The position numbers and the translations under genes are program-made. Source: an uncultured Rhabdochlamydiaceae bacterium (GTDB taxonomy: Bacteria > Chlamydiota > Chlamydiia > Chlamydiales > Rhabdochlamydiaceae). From it: DNA of 64,000 bases. Where the stretch lies: the NCBI GenBank assembly GCA_963712275.1, contig CAVQHD010000001.1:192001-256000 (forward strand), written 5' to 3'. Below, piece by piece: positions 1-8,641 of this stretch; the stretch's first letter is position 1; every line of letters starts with the position of its first letter. The notes under the pieces were generated by a model. The model had not been told where the DNA came from, searched no databases, and was given only the letters and a program-made list of their open reading frames with translations.

Positions 1-512
1 CGCTCGGCGTGATCTTCGTTTCACTGACACCGGGCTACAATGTCGAATTGATGAACTTTTTATTCGGCAATATTTTGTGGATTTCGCACTCTGATCTGGT
101 GCTCTTGATGTCTCTGACCCTACTTGTCATCGCTTTAACGGCTCTCTTACATCAAAAATTTCAAGCCGTCTGTTTTGATGAGACTGAGGCAGAGCTTAGG
201 GGAGTATCCGTGAAAAAATACTACCTTATTTTACTGAATCTCGTCGCTATTTCTGTTGTGATCTTGATTCAAATCGTAGGAGCTATCCTCGTGATTGCCA
301 TGCTTGCCATCCCAGCCGCGATCGCAAGCCATTTTTCAAAAAAACTATCCCATCTGATGATTCGAGCTATCATCTTAGGGGCCTTCTTTACAACAATCGG
401 GCTGGCATTGTCTTTTTATCTGAACTGGCCTCCAGGGGCAACCATTGCACTCGTTGCAGCTCTTGCCTATACTGGCCATTTCTCTCGAGGTTATAAGGCT
501 GTATACCGCTGA
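1..512 (+). CDS. Metal (Mn/Zn) ABC transporter permease, 5'-truncated by window edge
   Basis: Multi-TM protein with ABC-3 permease motifs (LMNFLFGNIL, FDETEAELRGV, GAILVIAMLAIPAAIA, WPPGATI). Confidence 0.85.
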   Translation, partial: LGVIFVSLTPGYNVELMNFLFGNILWISHSDLVLLMSLTLLVIALTALLHQKFQAVCFDETEAELRGVSVKKYYLILLNLVAISVVILIQIVGAILVIAMLAIPAAIASHFSKKLSHLMIRAIILGAFFTTIGLALSFYLNWPPGATIALVAALAYTGHFSRGYKAVYR

Positions 513-613
513 ATGATTTGCTGCCACCCCGATTTTTTAGGGTGCATCTTTGTATGACGAGCTGAGCGTGAGTGCCCTTTTCTGTGAGACTTAAGGTGTT
601 CTTTTCTCTTCAT
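491..613 (-). CDS. Small basic peptide, 40 aa (MKRKEHLKSHRKGHSRSARHTKMHPKKSGWQQIIQRYTAL)
   Basis: Translated by hand; ATG preceded by AGGAG; below the ORF-track length cutoff. Confidence 0.45.
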   Translation of the reverse strand: MKRKEHLKSHRKGHSRSARHTKMHPKKSGWQQIIQRYTAL

Positions 614-620
614 AAATCTC

Positions 621-755
621 CTATTTTTGCAGAGCCGACAAATTGTCGACCAGTTTTTGAGGAATTTTTTTCACTTCTTCGTGAGTCGAAGGATGGTGCT
701 TACGGTGATTTTTAATTGTGATCTTTGATCCTTTTTTTTTACCCCAGGTCTTCAT
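621..755 (-). CDS. Small basic peptide, 44 aa (MKTWGKKKGSKITIKNHRKHHPSTHEEVKKIPQKLVDNLSALQK)
   Basis: Translated by hand; ATG preceded by AGGAGGGGGG; its TAG overlaps the AGGAG of the next small ORF. Confidence 0.45.
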   Translation of the reverse strand: MKTWGKKKGSKITIKNHRKHHPSTHEEVKKIPQKLVDNLSALQK

Positions 756-889
756 CAGTTCCCCCCTCCTTTCACTACCCCCAGCTTAAACTAAAAACAA
801 TATACTTTCAAATAATAATTTTCAGATTGAAGAGAAACAAGAGAATCGATTAACATAGCCTCTATTTTCAGTACTTTGAGGTAAAAACG

Positions 890-1201
890 ATGTACGCAAT
901 CATTGAAACAGGTGGCAAACAATACCGCGTTGAGAAGAACGATGTCATTGAAGTTGAAAGACTTGATGCAGAGAAAGGGGCGAGTATTGAATTTACCAAT
1001 GTGCTTTTTCTAAGTGATGGCAAAGAGGTCAAAATCGGATCTCCTTACGTAGCAAAGTCGGTTGTCAAGGGAGAACTCCTTGCAGCTACAAAAGGACCTA
1101 AGGTTATCTCTTTCAAATACAAGCAACGAAAAGGGGTTCGCCGCAAGGTAGGCCACCGGCAAAAATATCATCAAATTAAAATTACAGAAATTGTGGGGTA
1201 A
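890..1201 (+). CDS. rplU: 50S ribosomal protein L21
   Basis: [14 protein letters not shown]...GHRQKY. Confidence 0.98.
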   Translation: MYAIIETGGKQYRVEKNDVIEVERLDAEKGASIEFTNVLFLSDGKEVKIGSPYVAKSVVKGELLAATKGPKVISFKYKQRKGVRRKVGHRQKYHQIKITEIVG

Positions 1202-1208
1202 CTTATAC

Positions 1209-1460
1209 ATGGCTCATAAGAAAGGTCAAGGTTCAAGCCGCAATGGCCGCGACTCTAAATCTAAACGGCTCGGAGTTAAAGCGACCGCAGGTCAAATGGT
1301 CACAACAGGCAGCGTTTTAGCGCGGCAGCGAGGGACAAAATGGGCCCCCGCAAAAAATGTCGCTATTGGCCGCGATGATACTCTTTTTGCAACCATTGAT
1401 GGAATCGTCTCCTTTAAAAAAGGGCTTAAGACGTACATTTCAGTCCTACCCGTTTCTTAA
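1209..1460 (+). CDS. rpmA: 50S ribosomal protein L27
   Basis: [16 protein letters not shown]; start adjusted to ATG 1209. Confidence 0.98.
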   Translation: MAHKKGQGSSRNGRDSKSKRLGVKATAGQMVTTGSVLARQRGTKWAPAKNVAIGRDDTLFATIDGIVSFKKGLKTYISVLPVS

Positions 1461-1475
1461 TTCTTCTTCCACGTT

Positions 1476-2474
1476 ATGTTTGTTGATAAAGTCACAGTCT
1501 CATTAACCGCAGGACGTGGAGGAAACGGCGTCATTGCCTGGCGGCGAGAAAAATTTATCCCCAAAGGAGGGCCTTGCGGCGGTGACGGCGGCAAGGGCGG
1601 CTCGATTTTTCTTGAGACTGATTCGCAAGTTCTTTCTTTGGAAAACCTCCGCAATCGACGACTCATTAAAGCAAAAAATGGCGAGCCCGGCGGGGCCAAC
1701 CTCTGCACAGGGAAAAACGGAAAAGATCTGATTCTCAAAATCCCTCGCGGAACCCTCGTTAAAGATGCCTCTTCTGGAGACATTCTCTTTGACTTTGTTG
1801 AAATGGGTCGCGTGGAGCTGATTTGCCAAGGAGGTGAGGGAGGAAAAGGAAACAATCGGTTCAAAACCCCAACGCATCAGGCCCCTTACGTCTGTACAGA
1901 AGGGGAAGAGGGACAGTATCGAGAAGTCGAACTCGAGCTCAAGCTACTTGCCGATGTAGGACTTGTGGGGATGCCTAATGCAGGCAAATCATCCCTCATG
2001 TCGTGCATGACACACTTAGAAGTCAAAATTGGGGCCTACCCTTTCACAACCTTATTTCCCAACCTAAGTTACATCCACTTTCAAGAGGATGACCGAATCT
2101 TGGTTGCAGACATTCCCGGCATTATCGAAGGGGCACACGAAGACCGAGGCCTTGGATTTGAATTCCTCCGGCATATTGAGCGGTCAGCTGCCCTCATCTA
2201 TGTCATCGATATCTCGGGAATTGAAGAGAGAGACCCTCTAGAAGACTTTCGCATCCTCCAAGCAGAACTCAAAGCCTACAACCCTTCCCTTTTGGAAAAG
2301 CCATCTCTTGTCGTGCTCAACAAGATCGACGTAGAAGGAGCTAGAGCCAACGTAAAACGATTCCAGGAAGCGTTCCCCTCCATCCCCTCTTTCCCCCTTT
2401 CCGCCCTCCAGAATGAAGGCATCCAGCCCCTTGTCCAAGCCACCCGCCCCCTCGTCAAGAGGAGCTCGTCTTAG
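1476..2474 (+). CDS. obgE: GTPase ObgE/CgtA
   Basis: Gly-rich Obg fold, GMPNAGKSS, YPFTT, DIPG, NKID. Confidence 0.97.
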   Translation: MFVDKVTVSLTAGRGGNGVIAWRREKFIPKGGPCGGDGGKGGSIFLETDSQVLSLENLRNRRLIKAKNGEPGGANLCTGKNGKDLILKIPRGTLVKDASSGDILFDFVEMGRVELICQGGEGGKGNNRFKTPTHQAPYVCTEGEEGQYREVELELKLLADVGLVGMPNAGKSSLMSCMTHLEVKIGAYPFTTLFPNLSYIHFQEDDRILVADIPGIIEGAHEDRGLGFEFLRHIERSAALIYVIDISGIEERDPLEDFRILQAELKAYNPSLLEKPSLVVLNKIDVEGARANVKRFQEAFPSIPSFPLSALQNEGIQPLVQATRPLVKRSSS

Positions 2475-2555
2475 AAGCTGTCTACAGATTCAGGTTTCGT
2501 AAACAGCTTCCAAGGGATTATTCAAGTAAAAAATCGAGCTTTATGTGTAGCAATA

Positions 2556-2594
2556 CTGCTCGAATCGAGAAGCAATGCTTCTCGATTCGAGCAG
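2556..2594. repeat. Perfect palindrome (19-bp arms, 1-nt spacer) between convergent genes
   Basis: CTGCTCGAATCGAGAAGCA-A-TGCTTCTCGATTCGAGCAG. Confidence 0.8.
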
Positions 2595-2651
2595 CATAAC
2601 AAAATGCATCCTTGACTTCTCAGCATCTCTTGCTAAAGGAGAATTGAAAGG

Positions 2652-4250
2652 TTAATTAGGAAAAGCTGCAGGTTTTTTTGTCGTAAAGGAGTTGATGAGT
2701 TTAACTAGATAAGGGATATTGCTTAAAGGGCTGTTATGCCCCTCGGGAATGCCCACAAACAGTTTATTGTCTTTGAGGCATGAAGCATCATCGAGAAGTG
2801 TTTTGGCAAGTGAAGCTGCCGCGGGAATGACTCCATCATTAATAACCTTTGTACTGTCTTTAAGGAGCTCATAGGATGAAACTTTTGTTGTCTGTAAAAT
2901 AATTTCAGGAGCTTTGAGTTGTTTTGAAGAGCCCGCGGGGTCGATATTCCACCCTATCAATTTTACAAGAAATCCTATGTATTTGTTGGTGAGAATTGAA
3001 GCAATTTCGCTCAAATTGGAAAAGGTTCTACTTTTGACAAAAACATATTGAATCTGCTCTTTAAGCCGATGGAATTTTAAAGCATCGCCTTGAACACCAC
3101 CCCCAATAGAATGTCCCCACCCAACAATTTTCTTGGCGCCAATCCCATTTTTCTGATCTTCTAAGAATGAAAGTACGGCTCGGTACGCTTTTGCCATCAT
3201 ATATCTGCTTGGCACTCCACTGCTGCTCCCCACACCCGGATAATTAAATACAATTCCGTTTCCTTTGATTTCAGTTAAAATTTCTTTGAAATCCGAGGAG
3301 CGAGACATTTTATCTTCGTAAAATTCACCATTTCCATTCGATGCTAAAACCCAGGAGCCGTTATTTAAAGTCGATGCCTTTCCCACGATCATCACATCGA
3401 TTTTATGACGATCAACCTGAATAGTCATACGTTTATATTTCCATTCATCTGTTAGAGGGATCTGTTGCCTGCTGATGTCCGCATAATTTTCCGGATACCC
3501 CATCGCGTGCGGATTCGATGCAGGAAGTATCGCAAATTTCCCTGCAAGAATATGAACAAACGTATTGACTAGAAATAATCTCTCTAAGCGGCTTCTGTAG
3601 GTGGTTGGCAGCAGCTCAGATTGAGATAACTCCTGCCTCGTAGTTTCTAAATAATTAGGCTGGTTGTAAAACGCCTGATCCCCTTCTAAAAGCTCTCGGA
3701 AAGAGATCTGATTGGGGTGAAGAAAATCATCCACATAAAGAGCAGCTGTATTAAAGCGGATCGCCCCCAAAAGAAAGGAGGCGATCATTTCAGGTATTTT
3801 CCTGTCTTTGTAATGTTGGCGCACTTGAGCCAGTTCCTCCAGAGCCTGGGAAACAAGAGAAAGAGCGATCCAGATAGGAGTTTTTTGGTAGAGGGACAAA
3901 AAGTAAATGGCTTGATGAACAATCCGACACACTGTTTTGCTACGATCCTGCCATGTCTTATCCTCAATTAGCTGACCTACAAGTCGTAGACTAGAAAGAA
4001 GAGGTTGGTACTTCGGTAAAAAACAACTCATCGCTGCTGATGAAACAAGCCAAGCCGCCTCTTTCCATTTTCCCTCTTTAGAGGGCTGTGTCCATAAAGA
4101 ATACCCCTGGCAACAGCCAACCCCAATCGAAGTAAAAATAGCTGCTTGAGGGTGAAGGGTGATGAAAGGTAGGGCAATAGTAACAGTTCGATGAATATCT
4201 AACCCAGCAAAACTAAAATTAGGCCTTTTATTCGGATCAATCAATATCAT
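2652..4250 (-). CDS. Chlamydial CHLPS/DUF818-like alpha/beta hydrolase with N-terminal hydrophobic domain
   Basis: SNGNGEFYE, FNYPGVGSSSG, GHSIGG nucleophile elbow, SRTFSNL. Confidence 0.7.
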   Translation of the reverse strand: MILIDPNKRPNFSFAGLDIHRTVTIALPFITLHPQAAIFTSIGVGCCQGYSLWTQPSKEGKWKEAAWLVSSAAMSCFLPKYQPLLSSLRLVGQLIEDKTWQDRSKTVCRIVHQAIYFLSLYQKTPIWIALSLVSQALEELAQVRQHYKDRKIPEMIASFLLGAIRFNTAALYVDDFLHPNQISFRELLEGDQAFYNQPNYLETTRQELSQSELLPTTYRSRLERLFLVNTFVHILAGKFAILPASNPHAMGYPENYADISRQQIPLTDEWKYKRMTIQVDRHKIDVMIVGKASTLNNGSWVLASNGNGEFYEDKMSRSSDFKEILTEIKGNGIVFNYPGVGSSSGVPSRYMMAKAYRAVLSFLEDQKNGIGAKKIVGWGHSIGGGVQGDALKFHRLKEQIQYVFVKSRTFSNLSEIASILTNKYIGFLVKLIGWNIDPAGSSKQLKAPEIILQTTKVSSYELLKDSTKVINDGVIPAAASLAKTLLDDASCLKDNKLFVGIPEGHNSPLSNIPYLVKLINSFTTKKPAAFPN

Positions 4251-4370
4251 TTCAGTGATTGTATATGCTTGTTAAATATTATTAAATAATAATAATTAAT
4301 TTATCTTGGAGCCCTTGAAATTAAAAAATTTAGTTTACAATTGAAGACCTAGCGGCTATAGAGATGGAAT

Positions 4371-5654
4371 ATGGCCTATACAAAAGTTGTGATCGTGGGA
4401 GGGGGGTTTGGCGGGTTTAATGTGGCTAAAGCCTTAAACAAAGCAAGCCTCGATATTCTCGTCATTGATAAAACCAACCACCATCTTTTTCAGCCTCTTT
4501 TATACCAAGTCGCAAGCGCCGCCCTTTCCCCTGGAGAAATCGGAATTCCTATTCGAGAAGTCTTACGTAAGCAAGACAATACCCGCGTTATCATGGGAGA
4601 CGTCATCCAAGTCGACAAAAAAAATCGACAGCTCCTCCTGGCCAATGGTGAAAAAATCGACTACCACTACTTAGTCCTTGCAACTGGGACAAGACACTCC
4701 TACTTTGGAAATGATGCATGGGAGCAATACGCCCCTGGCCTCAAGACAATTCAAGATGCACTCAAAATTCGAGAACAGATCCTCCTCTCATTTGAAAAAG
4801 CAGAACGGCTTGATAACATCAAAGAAGCCGAAAAATATCTCAACTTTGTGATTATCGGTGGGGGCCCGACAGGTGTAGAGATGGCAGGGGCCATTGCAGA
4901 AATTGCCCATAAAACAATGTTCAAAAATTTTCGCCGCATCAAACCTGAAAAATCTAAAATTTACCTCATCGAGGCAGCCCCTCAAATCTTACCTATGTAT
5001 CCTCCCTCTTTAGCTGCCCATGCAAAGCAAGATCTCGAAAAGCTGGGAGTCTGCGTTATTACAGGAAAAAGAGTGACGCGCATCACCGAAGAAGGCGTTC
5101 AAGCAGAAGAGACATTTTACCCTTGCACAAACCCCATCTGGGCTGCCGGCAATCAGGCTTCTCCCCTTCTTAAAACACTCGATGTTCCTCTTGATCGGCA
5201 AGGGCGCGCTCTTGTCGAACCCGATCTTTCCATCCCAGGGAATCCCGAGATTTTTGTGATTGGAGATGCCGCCTGTTTGCTAGGCAAAGATCAAAAGCCC
5301 CTCCCTGGAATTGCCCCTGTTGCCATCCAAGAGGGAAAATATGTCGCAAAAATCATCAAAAACCAAACTCTTAAAGAAAACCGGCCCCCTTTTAAATATT
5401 TTGATAAAGGAAGCATGGCTACAATTGGAAAAGCCAAAGCGATTGCCATGATCGGCAAGTTTCAATTCACAGGCATCTTTGCCTGGCTCATGTGGTGTTT
5501 TATCCATATCACCTATCTGATTGGATTTCGAAGCCGAATTTCTGTCATGTTGGAATGGCTCTTTTTTTATCTCTCAGGGCAGCGAGGAGCCCGCCTGATT
5601 TATAATAGCTCTATCGAACAGCATCTCCCTCAACATAAGAAGAACGATAAGTAA
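4371..5654 (+). CDS. ndh: Type II NADH dehydrogenase
   Basis: GGGFGG, HHLFQPLLYQVA, GGGPTGVEMAG, DKGSMATIG. Confidence 0.93.
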   Translation: MAYTKVVIVGGGFGGFNVAKALNKASLDILVIDKTNHHLFQPLLYQVASAALSPGEIGIPIREVLRKQDNTRVIMGDVIQVDKKNRQLLLANGEKIDYHYLVLATGTRHSYFGNDAWEQYAPGLKTIQDALKIREQILLSFEKAERLDNIKEAEKYLNFVIIGGGPTGVEMAGAIAEIAHKTMFKNFRRIKPEKSKIYLIEAAPQILPMYPPSLAAHAKQDLEKLGVCVITGKRVTRITEEGVQAEETFYPCTNPIWAAGNQASPLLKTLDVPLDRQGRALVEPDLSIPGNPEIFVIGDAACLLGKDQKPLPGIAPVAIQEGKYVAKIIKNQTLKENRPPFKYFDKGSMATIGKAKAIAMIGKFQFTGIFAWLMWCFIHITYLIGFRSRISVMLEWLFFYLSGQRGARLIYNSSIEQHLPQHKKNDK

Positions 5655-5892
5655 ACCTCGGCTGCATCCGCCCATTGACCTGTGTATTTTCTAAAAACAT
5701 TTCCAAAGGACGCACCCACACATTTTTTTCTCCATCGAAGGCCTGATAAACAACGACTTCTTCTAAGGTCTCACTATGCCTCGCCACAGCAAGCACTTTG
5801 TACAGGTTTCCTTTGTAATGCTGATAAACTCCTCCTATTTTCACCAATTTTGATGCTTCTGAAAATAGAGGCAAGGTAATCTCTTGTTTCAT
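5611..5892 (-). CDS. DUF1653-family protein
   Basis: YQHYKGNLYKV...ARHSETLEEVVVYQ...WVRPLEMF...RF. Confidence 0.85.
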   Translation of the reverse strand: MKQEITLPLFSEASKLVKIGGVYQHYKGNLYKVLAVARHSETLEEVVVYQAFDGEKNVWVRPLEMFLENTQVNGRMQPRFTYRSSYVEGDAVR

Positions 5893-7345
5893 GACAAACT
5901 CCTCTCCACTTTTTTTCTATGCTCTTTGTTATTTACTTGGAGCCGCTTCCCAGCTCCTTTTCCATCCCGCTTATCTTATTACATTCGCTTTTTTATTTGT
6001 TTTTTGGAAAGGTCGAATCCTTTCAGGTTTAGCTACTTTTACCACCGCCTTTTTTCTAGCGGCTCAAATAGTCTCCCTTCCCTCTCTTCCTGAGGAGGGA
6101 ATCGAAGGATCTGGCATCTTCATGCCGGAGTCGGTTTCCTATACCCATTCCCCCTTTGGCACTTCTTATATGATCAAAGGAACACTTCAGCAATTTCATG
6201 AGTGGAAACGGGTTCCATGCCAAGTTTATATCCCCCTTCACCACCCTCGTCCGCCTGCAAACCATGCCCTTTATGTTGAAGGCCGTCTTCTCCCTAAAAC
6301 ATTCCCTCAGTACGTCCTCAAACTCATCCACTGGCAGCCTCTCAAAACCTCCCTGTCGCTTGCCGAGTGGCGGTTCCAAGTCAAAGATTGGGTCCGGCGT
6401 CAGTTTGCATCCCTTTTTCAAACCCCTGAGACTGCATCGTTTCTTCTATCCATGGTAACCGGAGACATCGACGATCGACTCATGGCCCTTCAGTTCAATC
6501 GCCTAGGACTTCTCCATCTCCTGGGCGTCTCAGGGTTTCAATTTTCACTTCTTGCACTTTTACTAGGAGCCCTTCTGAGAACAATTTTTTCTAGCTCAAA
6601 GGGAGCCTATCTCTTGATTTTCCTTTTAACGGCCTACGCCTTTATTCTAGGGACGTCTCCTCCGATTCAACGAGCCTGGATAAGCTGCACACTCTATACC
6701 ATTGCCAGGCTTGCAGGACTTCAAATCACCGCTCTCAACGCCCTTGGCGCCGCTCTTCTCTGGCAACTGTTTTTAGACCCTTGTGTCATCTTCCACCTTG
6801 GATTTCAATTCAGCTTTCTTTGCACAGCAGCTATTTTTACCGTTTATCCTCCCCTTCGAAACCTCTTGAAAAGGTGGCTTCCCGATCGTCATTTATCCGA
6901 CGCTTGCAAACTCTCCATTTTCGATCGAGTAGGATATATCCTTGCTTTTTTAAGCCGTGAAACTCTCTCCCTTAATTTGGCAATCCACCTTGTCTCTCTC
7001 CCTCTCATCTTCTACCATTTCCACAAGTTTCCCCTCTTAAGCCTCGCCTACAACTTATTTCTTCCAGGCGCCGTCTCTCTTGCCTACCTCTTTTTAATCC
7101 CTGGACTGATCTTAAACCCTCTTTCGCACCTTCTCGCCTTCCCCTTTTTGAAAATCAGCCAGTTTCTGACCGATACCCTGCTAATCGTCGCAACAAATCC
7201 ACCGACGCTCTTTGATTTTCAGTGGAGAATCGCAGGCTTTGGTTTAGGGTGGGCTGTCCTCTCTTTGACAGCACTATTCGGTATTTTTCTAGGCTATTCT
7301 TCAAGATCAGATAACTTGTTCATCAGCGGCTTTCAAAAGCGGTAA
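5891..7345 (+). CDS. comEC: ComEC/Rec2 competence family membrane protein
   Basis: GLLHLLGVSG, SPPIQRA, GFQFSF; no C-terminal MBL domain. Confidence 0.85.
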   Translation: MTNSSPLFFYALCYLLGAASQLLFHPAYLITFAFLFVFWKGRILSGLATFTTAFFLAAQIVSLPSLPEEGIEGSGIFMPESVSYTHSPFGTSYMIKGTLQQFHEWKRVPCQVYIPLHHPRPPANHALYVEGRLLPKTFPQYVLKLIHWQPLKTSLSLAEWRFQVKDWVRRQFASLFQTPETASFLLSMVTGDIDDRLMALQFNRLGLLHLLGVSGFQFSLLALLLGALLRTIFSSSKGAYLLIFLLTAYAFILGTSPPIQRAWISCTLYTIARLAGLQITALNALGAALLWQLFLDPCVIFHLGFQFSFLCTAAIFTVYPPLRNLLKRWLPDRHLSDACKLSIFDRVGYILAFLSRETLSLNLAIHLVSLPLIFYHFHKFPLLSLAYNLFLPGAVSLAYLFLIPGLILNPLSHLLAFPFLKISQFLTDTLLIVATNPPTLFDFQWRIAGFGLGWAVLSLTALFGIFLGYSSRSDNLFISGFQKR

Positions 7346-7467
7346 GATGACCGCAGGATGGGTGCAAAATCTTTGTCTTCCTCAAGCCGGTCTACGAAAT
7401 CTTGTAAGTAGTACTCGCTTGTATGAATAGCAGAGTAACCCCAACAATCGATAGATAACGTCTTGAG
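7294..7467 (-). pseudogene. 3' remnant of a paralog of the 8642-10639 F-box/LRR gene, abutting the IS607 right end
   Basis: Reads LKTLSIDCWG...(TGA at 7333-7335)...NKLSDLEE*, matching the GLKKLSVNYRG...NLSDLEE* end of the F-box gene. Confidence 0.6.
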
Positions 7468-8526
7468 CCGCTCAAAAAAATCTAGGCAAATCTACACAAA
7501 CACATAGACAAGCCGGACACGTCAACAGAGCAGTCGAGTTGACGATTCGCGTGCCGGAGTCTCGCCGGCAAGATTCGAGAACATGCTGTCGCAGGAGTTG
7601 TTTTGGGGGACTCTAGGATCGGTATGTACCGCCCGAAAATGCGCTGTCAGCGCCGCTGAAAGTTTCTTATTGAGCTGCCCCCATTGGTACCATACATGCC
7701 GAGATCGATTCCTTGCAGGTAGATCAAGGGTGACATGGCCCCCTTTTCCATCGGGAATCTCCCTTTGGCCTTGGGGCATTCTTTCAGAAACTCCTAAAAA
7801 TCTGCGGCCAATGCAAAGTGCGGCCGCCATATGAATTGTTAAGCCATAACGTTTTGCAAACTTGACTCGCCCGATGAGCGAAGTAAAAGCAGGGTTGACG
7901 CTATAAACGGCGACTCTTTTTGAGGCCCCTCGGCTTTTAAGATGGGTGATGATTGATGCGTAGGCAAAAGCAGAGAGCATGCGAGAATAGGAGGGATCTT
8001 TTTCTCTAAGTTGGGCTTTCTTTTTCTTAAAGTCGAGGTTTTCAAGGACGAGGGGTTTTTGTGTCTTTTCACAAAGGGCAATGATTTGGGCCGAGGCATT
8101 GCCAATGAGAGCTTGGGCCTGACCTTTAGAGGTATTGTGAAGGGAAAGAGGAATATTGAATGTAGAAAGGGTATTACCGAATCGATCGGTTTCTACAACT
8201 GCTAGATGATCACTGTTAATATCAACGGCCACGACGCCATTTTCTTTAAGCGTCATCGGCTGAGAGATCTGGATATCCATGCTAGCAAAAATACGCCAGC
8301 CTTTGGCATTTTTTTTAAAACGGAAGGTGATCGCTTGGCCATGATTTTTATAAGCGGGATCCTTGGGACATTGTTGCCTTAGATGACAGTCGCGAATGGC
8401 TGCGACAATCACATCATGGCCGTAGGCAAAGCGGATAGTGGGGATTTGGAGATATTTGCCGAATTGAGAAATCAATGCATCGGGCAGTCTTACACGTAAA
8501 TGAATGGAATCATCTTGTCCAATCAA
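7467..8526 (-). mobile_element. IS607-family element copy 1, left-truncated (3' part of tnpB plus right end)
   Basis: Near-identical to 20892-21580; shared end TTTTTTTGAGCGGC. Confidence 0.85.
7522..8526 (-). pseudogene. tnpB: TnpB-related RuvC protein, N-terminally truncated
   Basis: RuvC-like motifs VAVDINSDH, VLENLDF, VNPAFTSLIG, HMAAA. Confidence 0.8.
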
Positions 8527-8641
8527 AGCTCTTCAGTGATCCACCTGCTGCTTGGAGAGATGGAAAGAAGCCAGACCTATGAAGACGCCATCGACGCACT
8601 TGGCAAAGCATTGTGGGAAATTAAATAGGCGTTTTTCTGGG

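Noticed and set aside
8530..8628. Short + strand reading HLLLGEMERSQTYEDAIDALGKALWEIK* next to the truncated IS
   Set aside because: May be a gene remnant, but it is too short to assign.
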